Of a stretch of 58,579 nt of DNA, positions 13,968 through 21,725 are shown one piece after another. The notes under the pieces were generated by a model. That model made no database searches. It saw only the letters and a list, made by a program, of their open reading frames with translations, and was not told the DNA's origin. This stretch comes from Patescibacteria group bacterium (GTDB lineage Bacteria > Patescibacteriota > Patescibacteriia > 2-12-FULL-57-11), in contig SCSU01000061.1 in assembly GCA_004299275.1 (NCBI GenBank), positions 1-58,579 on the forward strand. The letters run 5' to 3'. The number at the start of each line of letters is the position of its first letter. Within the stretch, counting starts at the first letter, position 1. A program made the position numbers and the translations under genes.

Positions 13968-15119
13968 ATGCCATTTGGAATAAATCCTAAGGCAAAATTG
14001 GTCAAAAATTTATTCGCCGCGGACATTGAACTCAAACCGACCCGCGATGGCTATGGTTTGGGTTTGGTGGATGCCGGCAAAAAGGACGCCAAGGTGGTCG
14101 TGCTTTGCGCCGACCTTTCCGAATCCACCCGCTCGCATTGGTTTAAAAAAGAATTCCCCGCTCGCTTTGTGCAGATTGGCGTCTCCGAACAGTCCATGGC
14201 CGCGATTGCCTCGGGCTTAGCGCTGGCCGGCAAGGTGCCGTTTATCTCAAGCTACGCCGGTTTTTCCCCGGGCCGGAATTGGGAACAGATTCGGACGACG
14301 ATTACCTTGAACGACGCCAACGTCAAAGTCGCCGGCGCGCACGCCGGGGTCTCGGTCGGTCCGGATGGCGCCACGCACCAGATGACCGAAGACCTCGCGC
14401 TGATGCGTACTCTGCCGAACATGGTAGTTCTCGCGCCGTGCGATATGCAGGAAACCAAAAAGGCCACGGTCGCGGTGGCGGGTGTTTACGGTCCGCACTA
14501 TCTCCGTTTCGGCCGCGAGAAATCGCCGGTGTTCACCACGCCGGCCACACCTTTTAAAATAGGGCGAGCAGAAATTTTCCGTTTCGGCCGCGATGTGACG
14601 ATTGTCGCCTGCGGTATTTTGGTTCACGAGGCGCTCAAGGCGGCGGAGGAACTCCGCAAAAAAGGCATTGAGGCCGAGGTGATTGATTCTCACACGATTA
14701 AGCCGCTGGACGCCAAAACAATTCTCGCTTCAATTGCGAAAACCGGCTGCGTGGTGACAGTGGAAGAGCATCAGGTTGACGGCGGGTTGGGAGCGGCAGT
14801 CGCTGAAGCGCTTGGGGCGGCTCGGCCGGTGCCTTTAGAGCGGATTGGTGTGCAGAATCGTTACGGCGAGTCAGGTGAGCCGATAATGCTCCTCGAGGCC
14901 TTCGGTTTAACTTCGCCTTATATCGCAATGGCCGCGCGACGGGCGACTGCGCGAAAAGCAGGGAAAAAAGTGTCGGAAGTCCCGGATTATATGGCGGCGG
15001 CAGAGCGACGTGCCGTTGAACTAAAAAAACAAGTGATTAGCGAAGCGCTCTCCCGCGCGCCGCGGGAGTGGGGAGGAAAAAAGGGAAACATTAAAGACCT
15101 AATTAAAAAAAGTAAGTAG
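13968..15119 (+). CDS. transketolase, C-terminal (Pyr/C-domain) subunit with ~60-aa basic C-terminal extension
   Basis: FVQIGVSEQSMAAIASGLA...GPDGATHQMTEDLALMRTLPNM. The tail ..KKGNIKDLIKKSK extends beyond the usual length. Confidence 0.85.
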   Translation: MPFGINPKAKLVKNLFAADIELKPTRDGYGLGLVDAGKKDAKVVVLCADLSESTRSHWFKKEFPARFVQIGVSEQSMAAIASGLALAGKVPFISSYAGFSPGRNWEQIRTTITLNDANVKVAGAHAGVSVGPDGATHQMTEDLALMRTLPNMVVLAPCDMQETKKATVAVAGVYGPHYLRFGREKSPVFTTPATPFKIGRAEIFRFGRDVTIVACGILVHEALKAAEELRKKGIEAEVIDSHTIKPLDAKTILASIAKTGCVVTVEEHQVDGGLGAAVAEALGAARPVPLERIGVQNRYGESGEPIMLLEAFGLTSPYIAMAARRATARKAGKKVSEVPDYMAAAERRAVELKKQVISEALSRAPREWGGKKGNIKDLIKKSK

Positions 15120-15136
15120 AACATAGAAGGTAGGCC
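15116..15136. repeat. heptamer array, GTAGAAC family (GTAGAAC ATAGAAG GTAGGCC)
   Basis: Direct reading. Overlaps the tkt-C stop codon. Confidence 0.7.
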
Positions 15137-15151
15137 AAAAATAAGTGTGCT

Positions 15152-16138
15152 ATGTCCAAACCCGTCTTTGACATGATTTCGGTCGGCGATGCCACGCTGG
15201 ACATCTTTATTTTTGTCTCCGAGGCCTCGGTGATGTGCTCGGTGGACCGCACGGCCTGTCTTTTGTGTTTTAACTACGCGGACAAAATTCCCATTGAGCG
15301 GCTGGACCGCTCTGTCGCCGGCAACGCCGCCAACAATGCCGTTGGCAGCGCCCGCTTGGGGCTCAATACTTCTTTCTACTCCATCATCGGCGACGACGAG
15401 ACCGGCCACTCGGTCACCGAGACGATGAAAAAGGAAAAAGTTTCACTGGAGCATCTGCGTTTGGACAAAAAGCATCCTTCCAATTATTCCGTGGTGCTCA
15501 ATTACCGCGGCGAGCGGACGATTCTGACCCACTCGGAGCCGCGCACCTACGAGGCGCCGCACTTGGTGCATTCGGAGTGGGTTTACTACACGGCCATCGG
15601 CAAGAATCACGAGCGGCTGGAGCGCGATATTGTGAAGCACGTCAAACGCACTGACACCAAGCTCGCCTATAACCCGGGCTCGAGCCAGCTCCGGGAAGGG
15701 TTGAAACGCCTCCTGCCGACTTTTGCCGCCACCAATGTTTTATTTTTGAATAAAGAAGAAGCCCAGCTCTTAGTGGGCAAACAGGGGACGATGTCGGCGC
15801 TTTTGCGCGCGCTCCAGGAGCAGGGGCCAGAGATGGTGGTCGTGACCGACGGGCCGCGCGGTTCAAGCGTCTTTGACGGCCGGAAGATGTATTCCATGGG
15901 GGTGTTTCCGGTCAAGGTGGTGGAGATGACCGGCGCCGGCGACGCTTTTGCCACGGCTTTTATCGCCGCGCTCCACTACGGCCGGCCGGTAACCGAGGCG
16001 CTCCGCTGGGGCGCGGCCAACGCCGCTTCGGTCGTGACTAAAATCGGGCCGCAAGCCGGGCTCCTGCGTTTGCCGGAGCTCAAGCGCTGGCTTAAGAGAT
16101 ATGCTTCGGTGAAACCAAGGGAGTTGAAGACCGGCTAA
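15152..16138 (+). CDS. PfkB-family carbohydrate kinase
   Basis: 328 aa. TGAGDAFATAFIAAL signature near the C-terminus. Substrate not assignable. Confidence 0.8.
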   Translation: MSKPVFDMISVGDATLDIFIFVSEASVMCSVDRTACLLCFNYADKIPIERLDRSVAGNAANNAVGSARLGLNTSFYSIIGDDETGHSVTETMKKEKVSLEHLRLDKKHPSNYSVVLNYRGERTILTHSEPRTYEAPHLVHSEWVYYTAIGKNHERLERDIVKHVKRTDTKLAYNPGSSQLREGLKRLLPTFAATNVLFLNKEEAQLLVGKQGTMSALLRALQEQGPEMVVVTDGPRGSSVFDGRKMYSMGVFPVKVVEMTGAGDAFATAFIAALHYGRPVTEALRWGAANAASVVTKIGPQAGLLRLPELKRWLKRYASVKPRELKTG

Positions 16139-16168
16139 GCGCTTATCGCCTAGCGCTTATCGTTTATG
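16134..16168. repeat. heptamer array, GCTTATC orientation (left arm of four-helix-bundle cassette 1)
   Basis: GCTAAGC GCTTATC GCCTAGC GCTTATC GTTTATG. Spans the kinase stop and the cassette ATG. Confidence 0.85.
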
Positions 16169-16513
16169 TTTAGATTTGAGGGCCTGGAGATCTGGCAACT
16201 AGCAATCAAGTATGCTGAAAAGTTATACTCCGTCTCGCGGGCATTTCCAGATGAGGAACGTTACGCACTTGCTGATCAGCTCCGTCGCGCGGCAATCTCT
16301 ATTTCCAACAATATAGCCGAAGGTTCGGGTGGAACAGATAGAGAATTTCGTAACTTCCTTTCGATGAGTGTCAAGTCAACATTGGAGTGCATTAACATCT
16401 TAATTATTGCAGAACGTCTACGTTATATTTCGAGAGCAACGAAGGATTCTCTCTACGAGGAAGGAGAACGACTTATTCGTAAGATACGAAGTTTTCGCAA
16501 CACTTTTCCATAG
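16166..16513 (+). CDS. four-helix-bundle protein (23S rRNA intervening-sequence protein / Avd-like family)
   Basis: LEIWQLAIKYAEKLYSVSRAFPDEERYALADQLRRAAISISNNIAEG...EFRNFLSMSVKSTLE is the family signature. Confidence 0.85.
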   Translation: MFRFEGLEIWQLAIKYAEKLYSVSRAFPDEERYALADQLRRAAISISNNIAEGSGGTDREFRNFLSMSVKSTLECINILIIAERLRYISRATKDSLYEEGERLIRKIRSFRNTFP

Positions 16514-16527
16514 TAATCCCACGGTCG

Positions 16528-16564
16528 GCGATTAGCGATAAGCTATAAGCGATTAGCGATAAGC
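16528..16564. repeat. heptamer array, GATAAGC orientation (right arm of cassette 1), ends at the fba ATG
   Basis: GCGATTA GCGATAA GCTATAA GCGATTA GCGATAA GC-ATG. Reverse complement of the left-arm units. Confidence 0.85.
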
Positions 16565-17488
16565 ATGCTGGTCACACTAAAATCCGTACTCTCCAAAGCC
16601 CACCGCGGCAATTACGCCGTCGGCGCGTTTAACATTAACAATTTGGAAATTTGTCAGGCGGTGATGGCGGCGGCGGAGAGAGTCCGCGCGCCGGTGATTC
16701 TCCAGACTTCCGAAGGCGCGATTGACTACGCCGGGATGGATTACCTCGCGGCCATCGCGCGGCTCGCGGCGGCGAAGACGCGCCTGCCGGTGGTTTTTCA
16801 CCTCGACCACGGCAAAAATCCGGCGCTGGTTGAACGGGCGATTAAAAGCGGGTATTACACCTCAGTGATGATTGACGGGTCGGCTCGTTCTTATAAAGAA
16901 AACGTCCGCATCACAAAAAAGATTGTCGCGATGGCTCATCGCCGCGGTATTTCGGTTGAGGCCGAGCTCGGCGCTATCGCCGGGATTGAGGATTTTGTTT
17001 CTGTTTCCGAGCGCGAAGCGCGGCTCACCAATCCCGTGGAAGCCGCAAAATTTGTTAGAGAAACCGGGTGCGATGCTTTAGCCGTGGCCATTGGCACGAG
17101 CCACGGCGCGTTCAAGTTTAAGGGCGAACCAAAACTTGATATTGTGCGGCTGAAAAAAATAAAGAAGCTCACCAAAAAACCGCTCGTGCTCCACGGCGCC
17201 TCCGGCGTGCCGGCGGACATCAAACGGCTCGCCCTAAAATACGGCGGCCGTCTCAAGGAAGCCCGCGGCGTCTCCGACGCGCTCAACCGCACCGCGGTCC
17301 GCGGTGGCATCAATAAAGTGAACATTGATACTGACCTGCGTCTGGCTTTTACCGCCGGCGTGCGTCGGGCGCTCGCGGAACACCCCGAGGTGATTGACCC
17401 GCGCAAAATTCTTGGCCCGGCAAAAAACTTCATCACGCAAGTCGTCGCGCGCAAAATGCGCCTCCTCGGCTCTGCGGGCAAGGCGTAA
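16565..17488 (+). CDS. fba: class II fructose-bisphosphate aldolase
   Basis: 307 aa. VVFHLDHG, GTSHGAFKF and LVLHGASGV motifs. Confidence 0.9.
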   Translation: MLVTLKSVLSKAHRGNYAVGAFNINNLEICQAVMAAAERVRAPVILQTSEGAIDYAGMDYLAAIARLAAAKTRLPVVFHLDHGKNPALVERAIKSGYYTSVMIDGSARSYKENVRITKKIVAMAHRRGISVEAELGAIAGIEDFVSVSEREARLTNPVEAAKFVRETGCDALAVAIGTSHGAFKFKGEPKLDIVRLKKIKKLTKKPLVLHGASGVPADIKRLALKYGGRLKEARGVSDALNRTAVRGGINKVNIDTDLRLAFTAGVRRALAEHPEVIDPRKILGPAKNFITQVVARKMRLLGSAGKA

Positions 17489-17532
17489 ATTTCAAATACT
17501 CGTCGAGCGAAACAGCGATATGGGGATGTTGA

Positions 17533-17597
17533 ACATCCCGAGGGATGTTCAACATCCAGAAATCCGGTGGATGTTTGACATCTGGATATACATTTGT
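17533..17597. repeat. three tandem copies of the palindrome GGATGTT-N-AACATCC
   Basis: GGGATGTTGAACATCCC, GGGATGTTCAACATCC and GGATGTTTGACATC read directly. They lie between the fba stop and its terminator. Confidence 0.8.
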
Positions 17598-17651
17598 GAC
17601 TGAAGCTAGCGTATTTAATCCCGTTCCGCACTACGTGGTATCTTTGCAAAA

Positions 17652-17681
17652 CCCGCTCCGCAAGGAGCGGGCTTTGTTTTT
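17652..17681 (+). terminator. rho-independent terminator after fba
   Basis: CCCGCTCC-GCAA-GGAGCGGG followed by a T-rich run. Confidence 0.75.
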
Positions 17682-17711
17682 CAATTTTTCATTGTGATAG
17701 AATGTTGGCGT

Positions 17712-18704
17712 ATGGCTGGTTTTGACCTCATCACTATCGGCGCGGCGACGATTGACGCTTTTGTCTGGTCCAAGGCCTTCCGTCTGGTTAAAAGCCGCGC
17801 TTTTTCCACTGGCGTGGGCGAGTGCTTGTCGCTCGGTTCAAAAATCGAGATTGATAAGTTCGTGCTAGGGACCGGCGGCGGCGGAACCAACTCGGCCGCG
17901 ACTTTTGCCAATCTCGGTTTTAAAACCGCCTGTTTGACCGCTGTCGGCGATGACCTTTTTGGCCAAGGCGTGCTCGGAGATTTAAAAACGCGCCGGGTGG
18001 CTTCGGTTCTGGTTCAGAGAATCCCCGGCGGACAAACCGCCTTTTCCACAATTTTAGTCGTGCCTTCGGGCGAGCGGACCATACTGGTCTCGCGCGGCGT
18101 GGCCGAGCATCTGTCGGAAAAAATGCTTCCGCGGCGGTTCAGCGCCAAGTGGATTTACATGACCTCGCTCGGCGGCAATTTGAAATTTGGGAGGAAAATT
18201 TTCAGCCAGGCAAAAAAATCCGGGACGAGCATTTTCTGGAACCCGGGCGCCAAAGACCTTGTGCTTGGAGCCGGTCGTCTGAAGCCTTTCTTAAAACAAG
18301 TGGAAGTTTTGGACATGAACCGCGAGGAGGCGATGAAGTTGACCGGTCGGCCTCTTGGAGATTTAGCAGGCATGCTCCGTGACTTAGATAAAATCGGCAG
18401 CCGCTTAGTGCTCCTGACCGACGGGGAGAAGGGCGCCTATCTCTCAGAAGGCGGGCAGTTGTGGCGGGCGCACACCCATCGCCATATCAAAGTGGTTAAT
18501 AAGACCGGCGCGGGTGATGCTTTTGGCAGTGGTTTTCTCGCCGGGCTCATCAAATATCGTGACCGGACGCGGGCGCTCCAGCTCGGGGTCTTGAACTCCG
18601 AGAGCGTCATCCAAAAAATCGGCGCCAAAACCGGACTCCTCACTAATTGGCCAAGCAAAAATAAACTGGCCGGCGTAAAAGTGACCGCCGTCGCTAAAAG
18701 CTAA
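17712..18704 (+). CDS. PfkB-family carbohydrate kinase (second copy)
   Basis: MAGFDLITIGAATIDAFV...NKTGAGDAFGSGFLAGL. Start chosen at ATG 17712; the track start 17694 is also possible. Confidence 0.75.
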   Translation: MAGFDLITIGAATIDAFVWSKAFRLVKSRAFSTGVGECLSLGSKIEIDKFVLGTGGGGTNSAATFANLGFKTACLTAVGDDLFGQGVLGDLKTRRVASVLVQRIPGGQTAFSTILVVPSGERTILVSRGVAEHLSEKMLPRRFSAKWIYMTSLGGNLKFGRKIFSQAKKSGTSIFWNPGAKDLVLGAGRLKPFLKQVEVLDMNREEAMKLTGRPLGDLAGMLRDLDKIGSRLVLLTDGEKGAYLSEGGQLWRAHTHRHIKVVNKTGAGDAFGSGFLAGLIKYRDRTRALQLGVLNSESVIQKIGAKTGLLTNWPSKNKLAGVKVTAVAKS

Positions 18705-18754
18705 TCGCTTAGCGCGTATCGCCGGCGATATGCGATTGGCGATAAGCGATATGC
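18700..18754. repeat. back-to-back inverted heptamer arrays of the GATAAGC family with no cargo
   Basis: GCTAATC GCTTAGC GCGTATC GCC|GGC GATATGC GATTGGC GATAAGC GATATGC. Palindromic about GCCGGC. Confidence 0.8.
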
Positions 18755-18765
18755 AAGCAAAAGGT

Positions 18766-19752
18766 ATGCCCAAGATTTTTATCACCCGACAAATTCCCGA
18801 TGCTGGGATAAAGCTCCTCAAAAAAGCGGGCTACAACGTTTCGATTTACCCCAAGGACGAGATTATCCCGCGGAAAGAATTGCGCCGCGCCGTCAAAGGC
18901 GTTGACGCCTTGCTTCCGTTACTTACCGACCGGATTGACGGCGAAGTAATGGACGCGGCCGGCAAAAAATTAAAGATCATCGCCAATTACGCCGTTGGTT
19001 TTGATAATGTTGATTTAGAAGCCGCCAAAAAACGCGGGATTATTGTTGCCAATACGCCGGCGCCGGAGGTGTCCGAGACCGTGGCGGAGCACACCTTTGC
19101 CCTGATGATTGCTCTCGCTCATCGAATCGCGGAGTCCGACGCTTATGCCCGCGCCGGCAAATATCAGGGCTGGGGGCCGTTGCTCCTCCTTGGTGTTGAT
19201 CTTTACGGGAAGACCTTGGGGATTGTGGGTTTGGGGCGGATCGGCGCGGCCGTGGCCAAGCGCGCGGTTAAGGGTTTTGGCATGCAGGTCGTCTACAGCG
19301 ACCCGCGCAAGAATCCGGATTTTGAAAAAGAATTTAACGCCCGCTATCTGCCGCTTGCCAAACTGTTGGCGGTTTCCGATTTTGTTTCCCTGCACGTGCC
19401 TTTGCTACCTTCCACGCGACACTTGATTTCCACCGCCGAATTCGCTTTGATGAAAAAGACGGCTTATCTTGTAAACACCGCCCGCGGCCCGATTGTGGAC
19501 GAAAAAGCCCTGCTCCGGGCGCTCCGGACCGGGCGCGTCGCCGGCGCCGGGCTGGACGTCTTTGAGTGCGAGCCGGCGATTGACTGCGACCTCACCGACA
19601 AACTGGCGCTTAAAAAATTCGCCAACGTCGTGCTCACCCCGCACACCGCCTCGGCCACGATCGAGGCGCGGCAGGCGATGAGCAAGCTCGCGGCGGAAAA
19701 CATCATCGCGGTACTTTCTGGAAAAAAACCGTTGACTCCAGCGAAGGTGTAG
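18766..19752 (+). CDS. D-isomer-specific 2-hydroxyacid dehydrogenase (glyoxylate/hydroxypyruvate reductase-like)
   Basis: MPKIFITRQIPDAG..., NAD fold GIVGLGRIGAAVAKRA, and TPHTASAT. Start moved to ATG 18766 because the track start lies inside the repeat array. Confidence 0.85.
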   Translation: MPKIFITRQIPDAGIKLLKKAGYNVSIYPKDEIIPRKELRRAVKGVDALLPLLTDRIDGEVMDAAGKKLKIIANYAVGFDNVDLEAAKKRGIIVANTPAPEVSETVAEHTFALMIALAHRIAESDAYARAGKYQGWGPLLLLGVDLYGKTLGIVGLGRIGAAVAKRAVKGFGMQVVYSDPRKNPDFEKEFNARYLPLAKLLAVSDFVSLHVPLLPSTRHLISTAEFALMKKTAYLVNTARGPIVDEKALLRALRTGRVAGAGLDVFECEPAIDCDLTDKLALKKFANVVLTPHTASATIEARQAMSKLAAENIIAVLSGKKPLTPAKV

Positions 19753-19755
19753 GGG

Positions 19756-19783
19756 GTAGTACATAGAACGTAGAACATAGAAA
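19756..19783. repeat. heptamer array, GTAGAAC orientation (left arm of cassette 2)
   Basis: GTAGTAC ATAGAAC GTAGAAC ATAGAAA. Ends 3 nt before the cassette ATG. Confidence 0.85.
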
Positions 19784-19786
19784 TGT

Positions 19787-20191
19787 ATGCGGGTGAGTTC
19801 ATATAAGGATTTGATTGTTTGGCAGAAGGCAATGCAGCTTGTGAAAAAAGTGTATTCTCTAACACAGCTGCTACCCCGGGAGGAGCTGTATGGCCTCGCG
19901 AGTCAAATGAAGCGCGCCGCGGTTTCTGTCCCGTGCAATATCGCAGAGGGATTCAGGCGAAACCACCGGCAAGAGCAAATCCAGTTCTTTGCGGTCTCGT
20001 ATGGCTCGGGTGCTGAACTGGAAACTCAGATTGAGATTTGCAAGCAGCTCGGTTTTGCAAAAGCGGAACAGACCAAGGTCGCAGAGGATATTCTCAATGA
20101 GGTGATGAGGATGCTTAACACATTTTCCATTCCCATGAGCCGACGCCTCCAAGATTCAACTACCAACTACGTTCTACGTTCTACGTTCTGA
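19787..20191 (+). CDS. four-helix-bundle protein (23S rRNA intervening-sequence protein / Avd-like family)
   Basis: LIVWQKAMQLVKKVYSLTQLLPREELYGLASQMKRAAVSVPCNIAEG. The C-terminal TTNYVLRSTF is encoded by the right-arm heptamers. Confidence 0.85.
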   Translation: MRVSSYKDLIVWQKAMQLVKKVYSLTQLLPREELYGLASQMKRAAVSVPCNIAEGFRRNHRQEQIQFFAVSYGSGAELETQIEICKQLGFAKAEQTKVAEDILNEVMRMLNTFSIPMSRRLQDSTTNYVLRSTF

Positions 20192-20194
20192 TAC
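20167..20194. repeat. heptamer array (CTACGTT)x3 + CTGATAC, reverse complement of the GTAGAAC family (right arm of cassette 2)
   Basis: Direct reading. Ends 1 nt before the next ATG (20196). Confidence 0.85.
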
Positions 20195-20195
20195 T

Positions 20196-20675
20196 ATGCA
20201 CATTTTTTCCAAACACTGTTATTGCCGGCGGCAGATTATCCCCTTCCGTTCGACTGAGCATTTTGACGAGCACGCGGTGGCCAGAGTTTTTTGTCCCGAT
20301 TGCGCCGAGCGCGCGCCGGGGGAGGCCTTTGAGGTGGCGGTCGCCGGCATTCCGGGTTGGAGCGGCGTTTACGCCATTGACTGGAACCAGTCTTTTTTGG
20401 AAGAGAAAGACCCGGATTTTCGGGATAGCGAAAATTATTACAAAAAACTTTTTTCTTCCGGCGACGTCACTTTTGGTTTTTTGCCTAAAAATAAGCCGGA
20501 ATTTTTTTACACTTTGTTCGGGATTAGCGAGCGTCTGCCTTCAAAAACTTTGCCGCCAGGACGCGCCGGACGCACTCTTGCGGAAGAAGAGGCGACCGCG
20601 CACGCCCATCGCCACCCGCTCCGCGGCTCGCGGGAAAAAAAACGCCGCCCGCGCGGCTGGGGGAGGAAGGGCTAG
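20196..20675 (+). CDS. hypothetical protein, 159 aa, with CxxC...CxxC and a basic tail
   Basis: ORF flanked by repeat elements. HCYCRR...CPDCAE suggests a zinc-ribbon-like N-terminus. Confidence 0.5.
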   Translation: MHIFSKHCYCRRQIIPFRSTEHFDEHAVARVFCPDCAERAPGEAFEVAVAGIPGWSGVYAIDWNQSFLEEKDPDFRDSENYYKKLFSSGDVTFGFLPKNKPEFFYTLFGISERLPSKTLPPGRAGRTLAEEEATAHAHRHPLRGSREKKRRPRGWGRKG

Positions 20676-20678
20676 TTA

Positions 20679-20735
20679 ATTCTCCCTTTGCTAAAGGGAG
20701 TCCCCGCAGGGGGAGGGATTTAGGTTGGAGGGTAT
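20679..20735 (+). repeat. REP-like double hairpin, family A (copy 2)
   Basis: ATTCTCCCTTTGCTAAAGGGAGTCCCCGCAGGGGGAGGGATTTAGGTTGGAGGG, starting 4 nt after the stop codon. Confidence 0.85.
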
Positions 20736-20752
20736 GGAGGAATAATAAAAAC

Positions 20753-20781
20753 CGGCGTCTCCATTGGGAGCGCCGTTTTTC
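20753..20781. terminator. hairpin with flanking A and T runs (possibly a bidirectional terminator)
   Basis: AAAAACCGGCGTCTCC-ATTG-GGAGCGCCGTTTTT. Confidence 0.5.
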
Positions 20782-21048
20782 TTGCGGCCGCGGTCCGAGC
20801 GGTTCCGTTTGAGCGCCGGTCGTCCGCGAGTCCCGGCGCGGAGCAGAACCTTCTTCTCCCCTGGTTCTTTTTCCTCGGAGCCCGGGGTTTCCTTGCTCGG
20901 CTGAAGGAACTTGTAACGTTTGGTCATGAACGTTCTCCTCCCTCTCATTTTATACAAATATTGACCCGCTGCCAATTTATGGTCGGATGTTGAAAAAATG
21001 AGTAAAATTATCCACAGGCGTTAATTCTTAATATTTATCGGGAAAATT

Positions 21049-21462
21049 ATGAATCCCAAACAGTTTTTTCAAATCGGGGGCATCGTCCTCGTGCTCGTCG
21101 GACTCCTTGGTTTTATCGGGGTCCTTGGGCCGACCGAGGGGCAGAGCGTGTTTGGCCCGCTCTGGTGGTTTGATAACGCCGAGAACTGGGCGCACCTCGT
21201 CGTCGGCATCGTGGCGCTCATCGTTGGCTTTGCGCTCGCGGCCAACTTGCAGAAGCCGCTGGCGATAGTCGTTGGGGTAGTGGGCATCTTAGTCGGGTTG
21301 TGGAGCTTACTGGTGAGCACCAAACTGCTCGGCGCCAACTTGGAGAACCCGATGGATACGATTCTCCACCTCGTGGTCGGCGCTTGGGCGCTCTGGGCCG
21401 GGTTGCGCGGCGCGAAGGCCATGCCGCCAGCCGCGCCGCCCAAGCCAATGGGGACGATGTAA
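21049..21462 (+). CDS. small integral membrane protein, 137 aa, about 4 TM segments
   Basis: Hydrophobic segments throughout (IGGIVLVLVGLLGFIGVLG, VVGIVALIVGFALA, ...), followed by a terminator. Confidence 0.6.
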   Translation: MNPKQFFQIGGIVLVLVGLLGFIGVLGPTEGQSVFGPLWWFDNAENWAHLVVGIVALIVGFALAANLQKPLAIVVGVVGILVGLWSLLVSTKLLGANLENPMDTILHLVVGAWALWAGLRGAKAMPPAAPPKPMGTM

Positions 21463-21482
21463 CTTTATTATCGGAATGAAAA

Positions 21483-21513
21483 ACACCCCGACCTGCGTCG
21501 GGGTGTTTTTTTT
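21483..21513. terminator. bidirectional rho-independent terminator between convergent genes
   Basis: ACACCCCGAC-CTGC-GTCGGGGTGT flanked by AAAA and TTTTTTT. Confidence 0.75.
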
Positions 21514-21583
21514 GGACCCAGTGGGAATCGAACCCACATCTTCCGGATGCAAACCGGATGCTCTACCACTAAGCTATGGGCCC
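21513..21583 (-). tRNA. tRNA-Ala (anticodon UGC)
   Basis: GGGCCCA..GCTTAGTGGTAGAGC..TCCGG-TTTGCAT-CCGGA..GTGGGTTCGATTCCCAC-TGGGTCC-A. G3:U70 is present. Confidence 0.85.
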
Positions 21584-21669
21584 GCCAAAATCAGACGGGA
21601 TTCCGAATTTCCATTATAAAGCGGGGAAAGGATAACAGAAAGCGACATTGCGGGCAATCCTTAAACACC

Positions 21670-21702
21670 CAAAAACACCCCCCGATGTACATCGGGGGGT
21701 GT
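21670..21702 (-). terminator. rho-independent terminator after the RRM-protein gene
   Basis: ACACCCCCCGAT-GTAC-ATCGGGGGGTGT with a T run on the minus strand. Confidence 0.7.
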
Positions 21703-21725
21703 TTGGCTTGAAAACCGCGGGAGCT

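Noticed and set aside
16134-16564. CRISPR array interpretation of the repeated short units
   Set aside because: The units are 7 nt and contiguous with no spacers. No cas genes are present in the window.
16936-17649. 237-aa minus-strand ORF
   Set aside because: It is antisense to the fba gene.
20691-20975. 94-aa minus-strand ORF (basic small protein)
   Set aside because: Its 3' third is the reverse complement of REP family A, and it reads through a terminator-like hairpin at 20753-20781. A shorter real gene starting at MTKRYKF cannot be excluded, but there is no supporting evidence.
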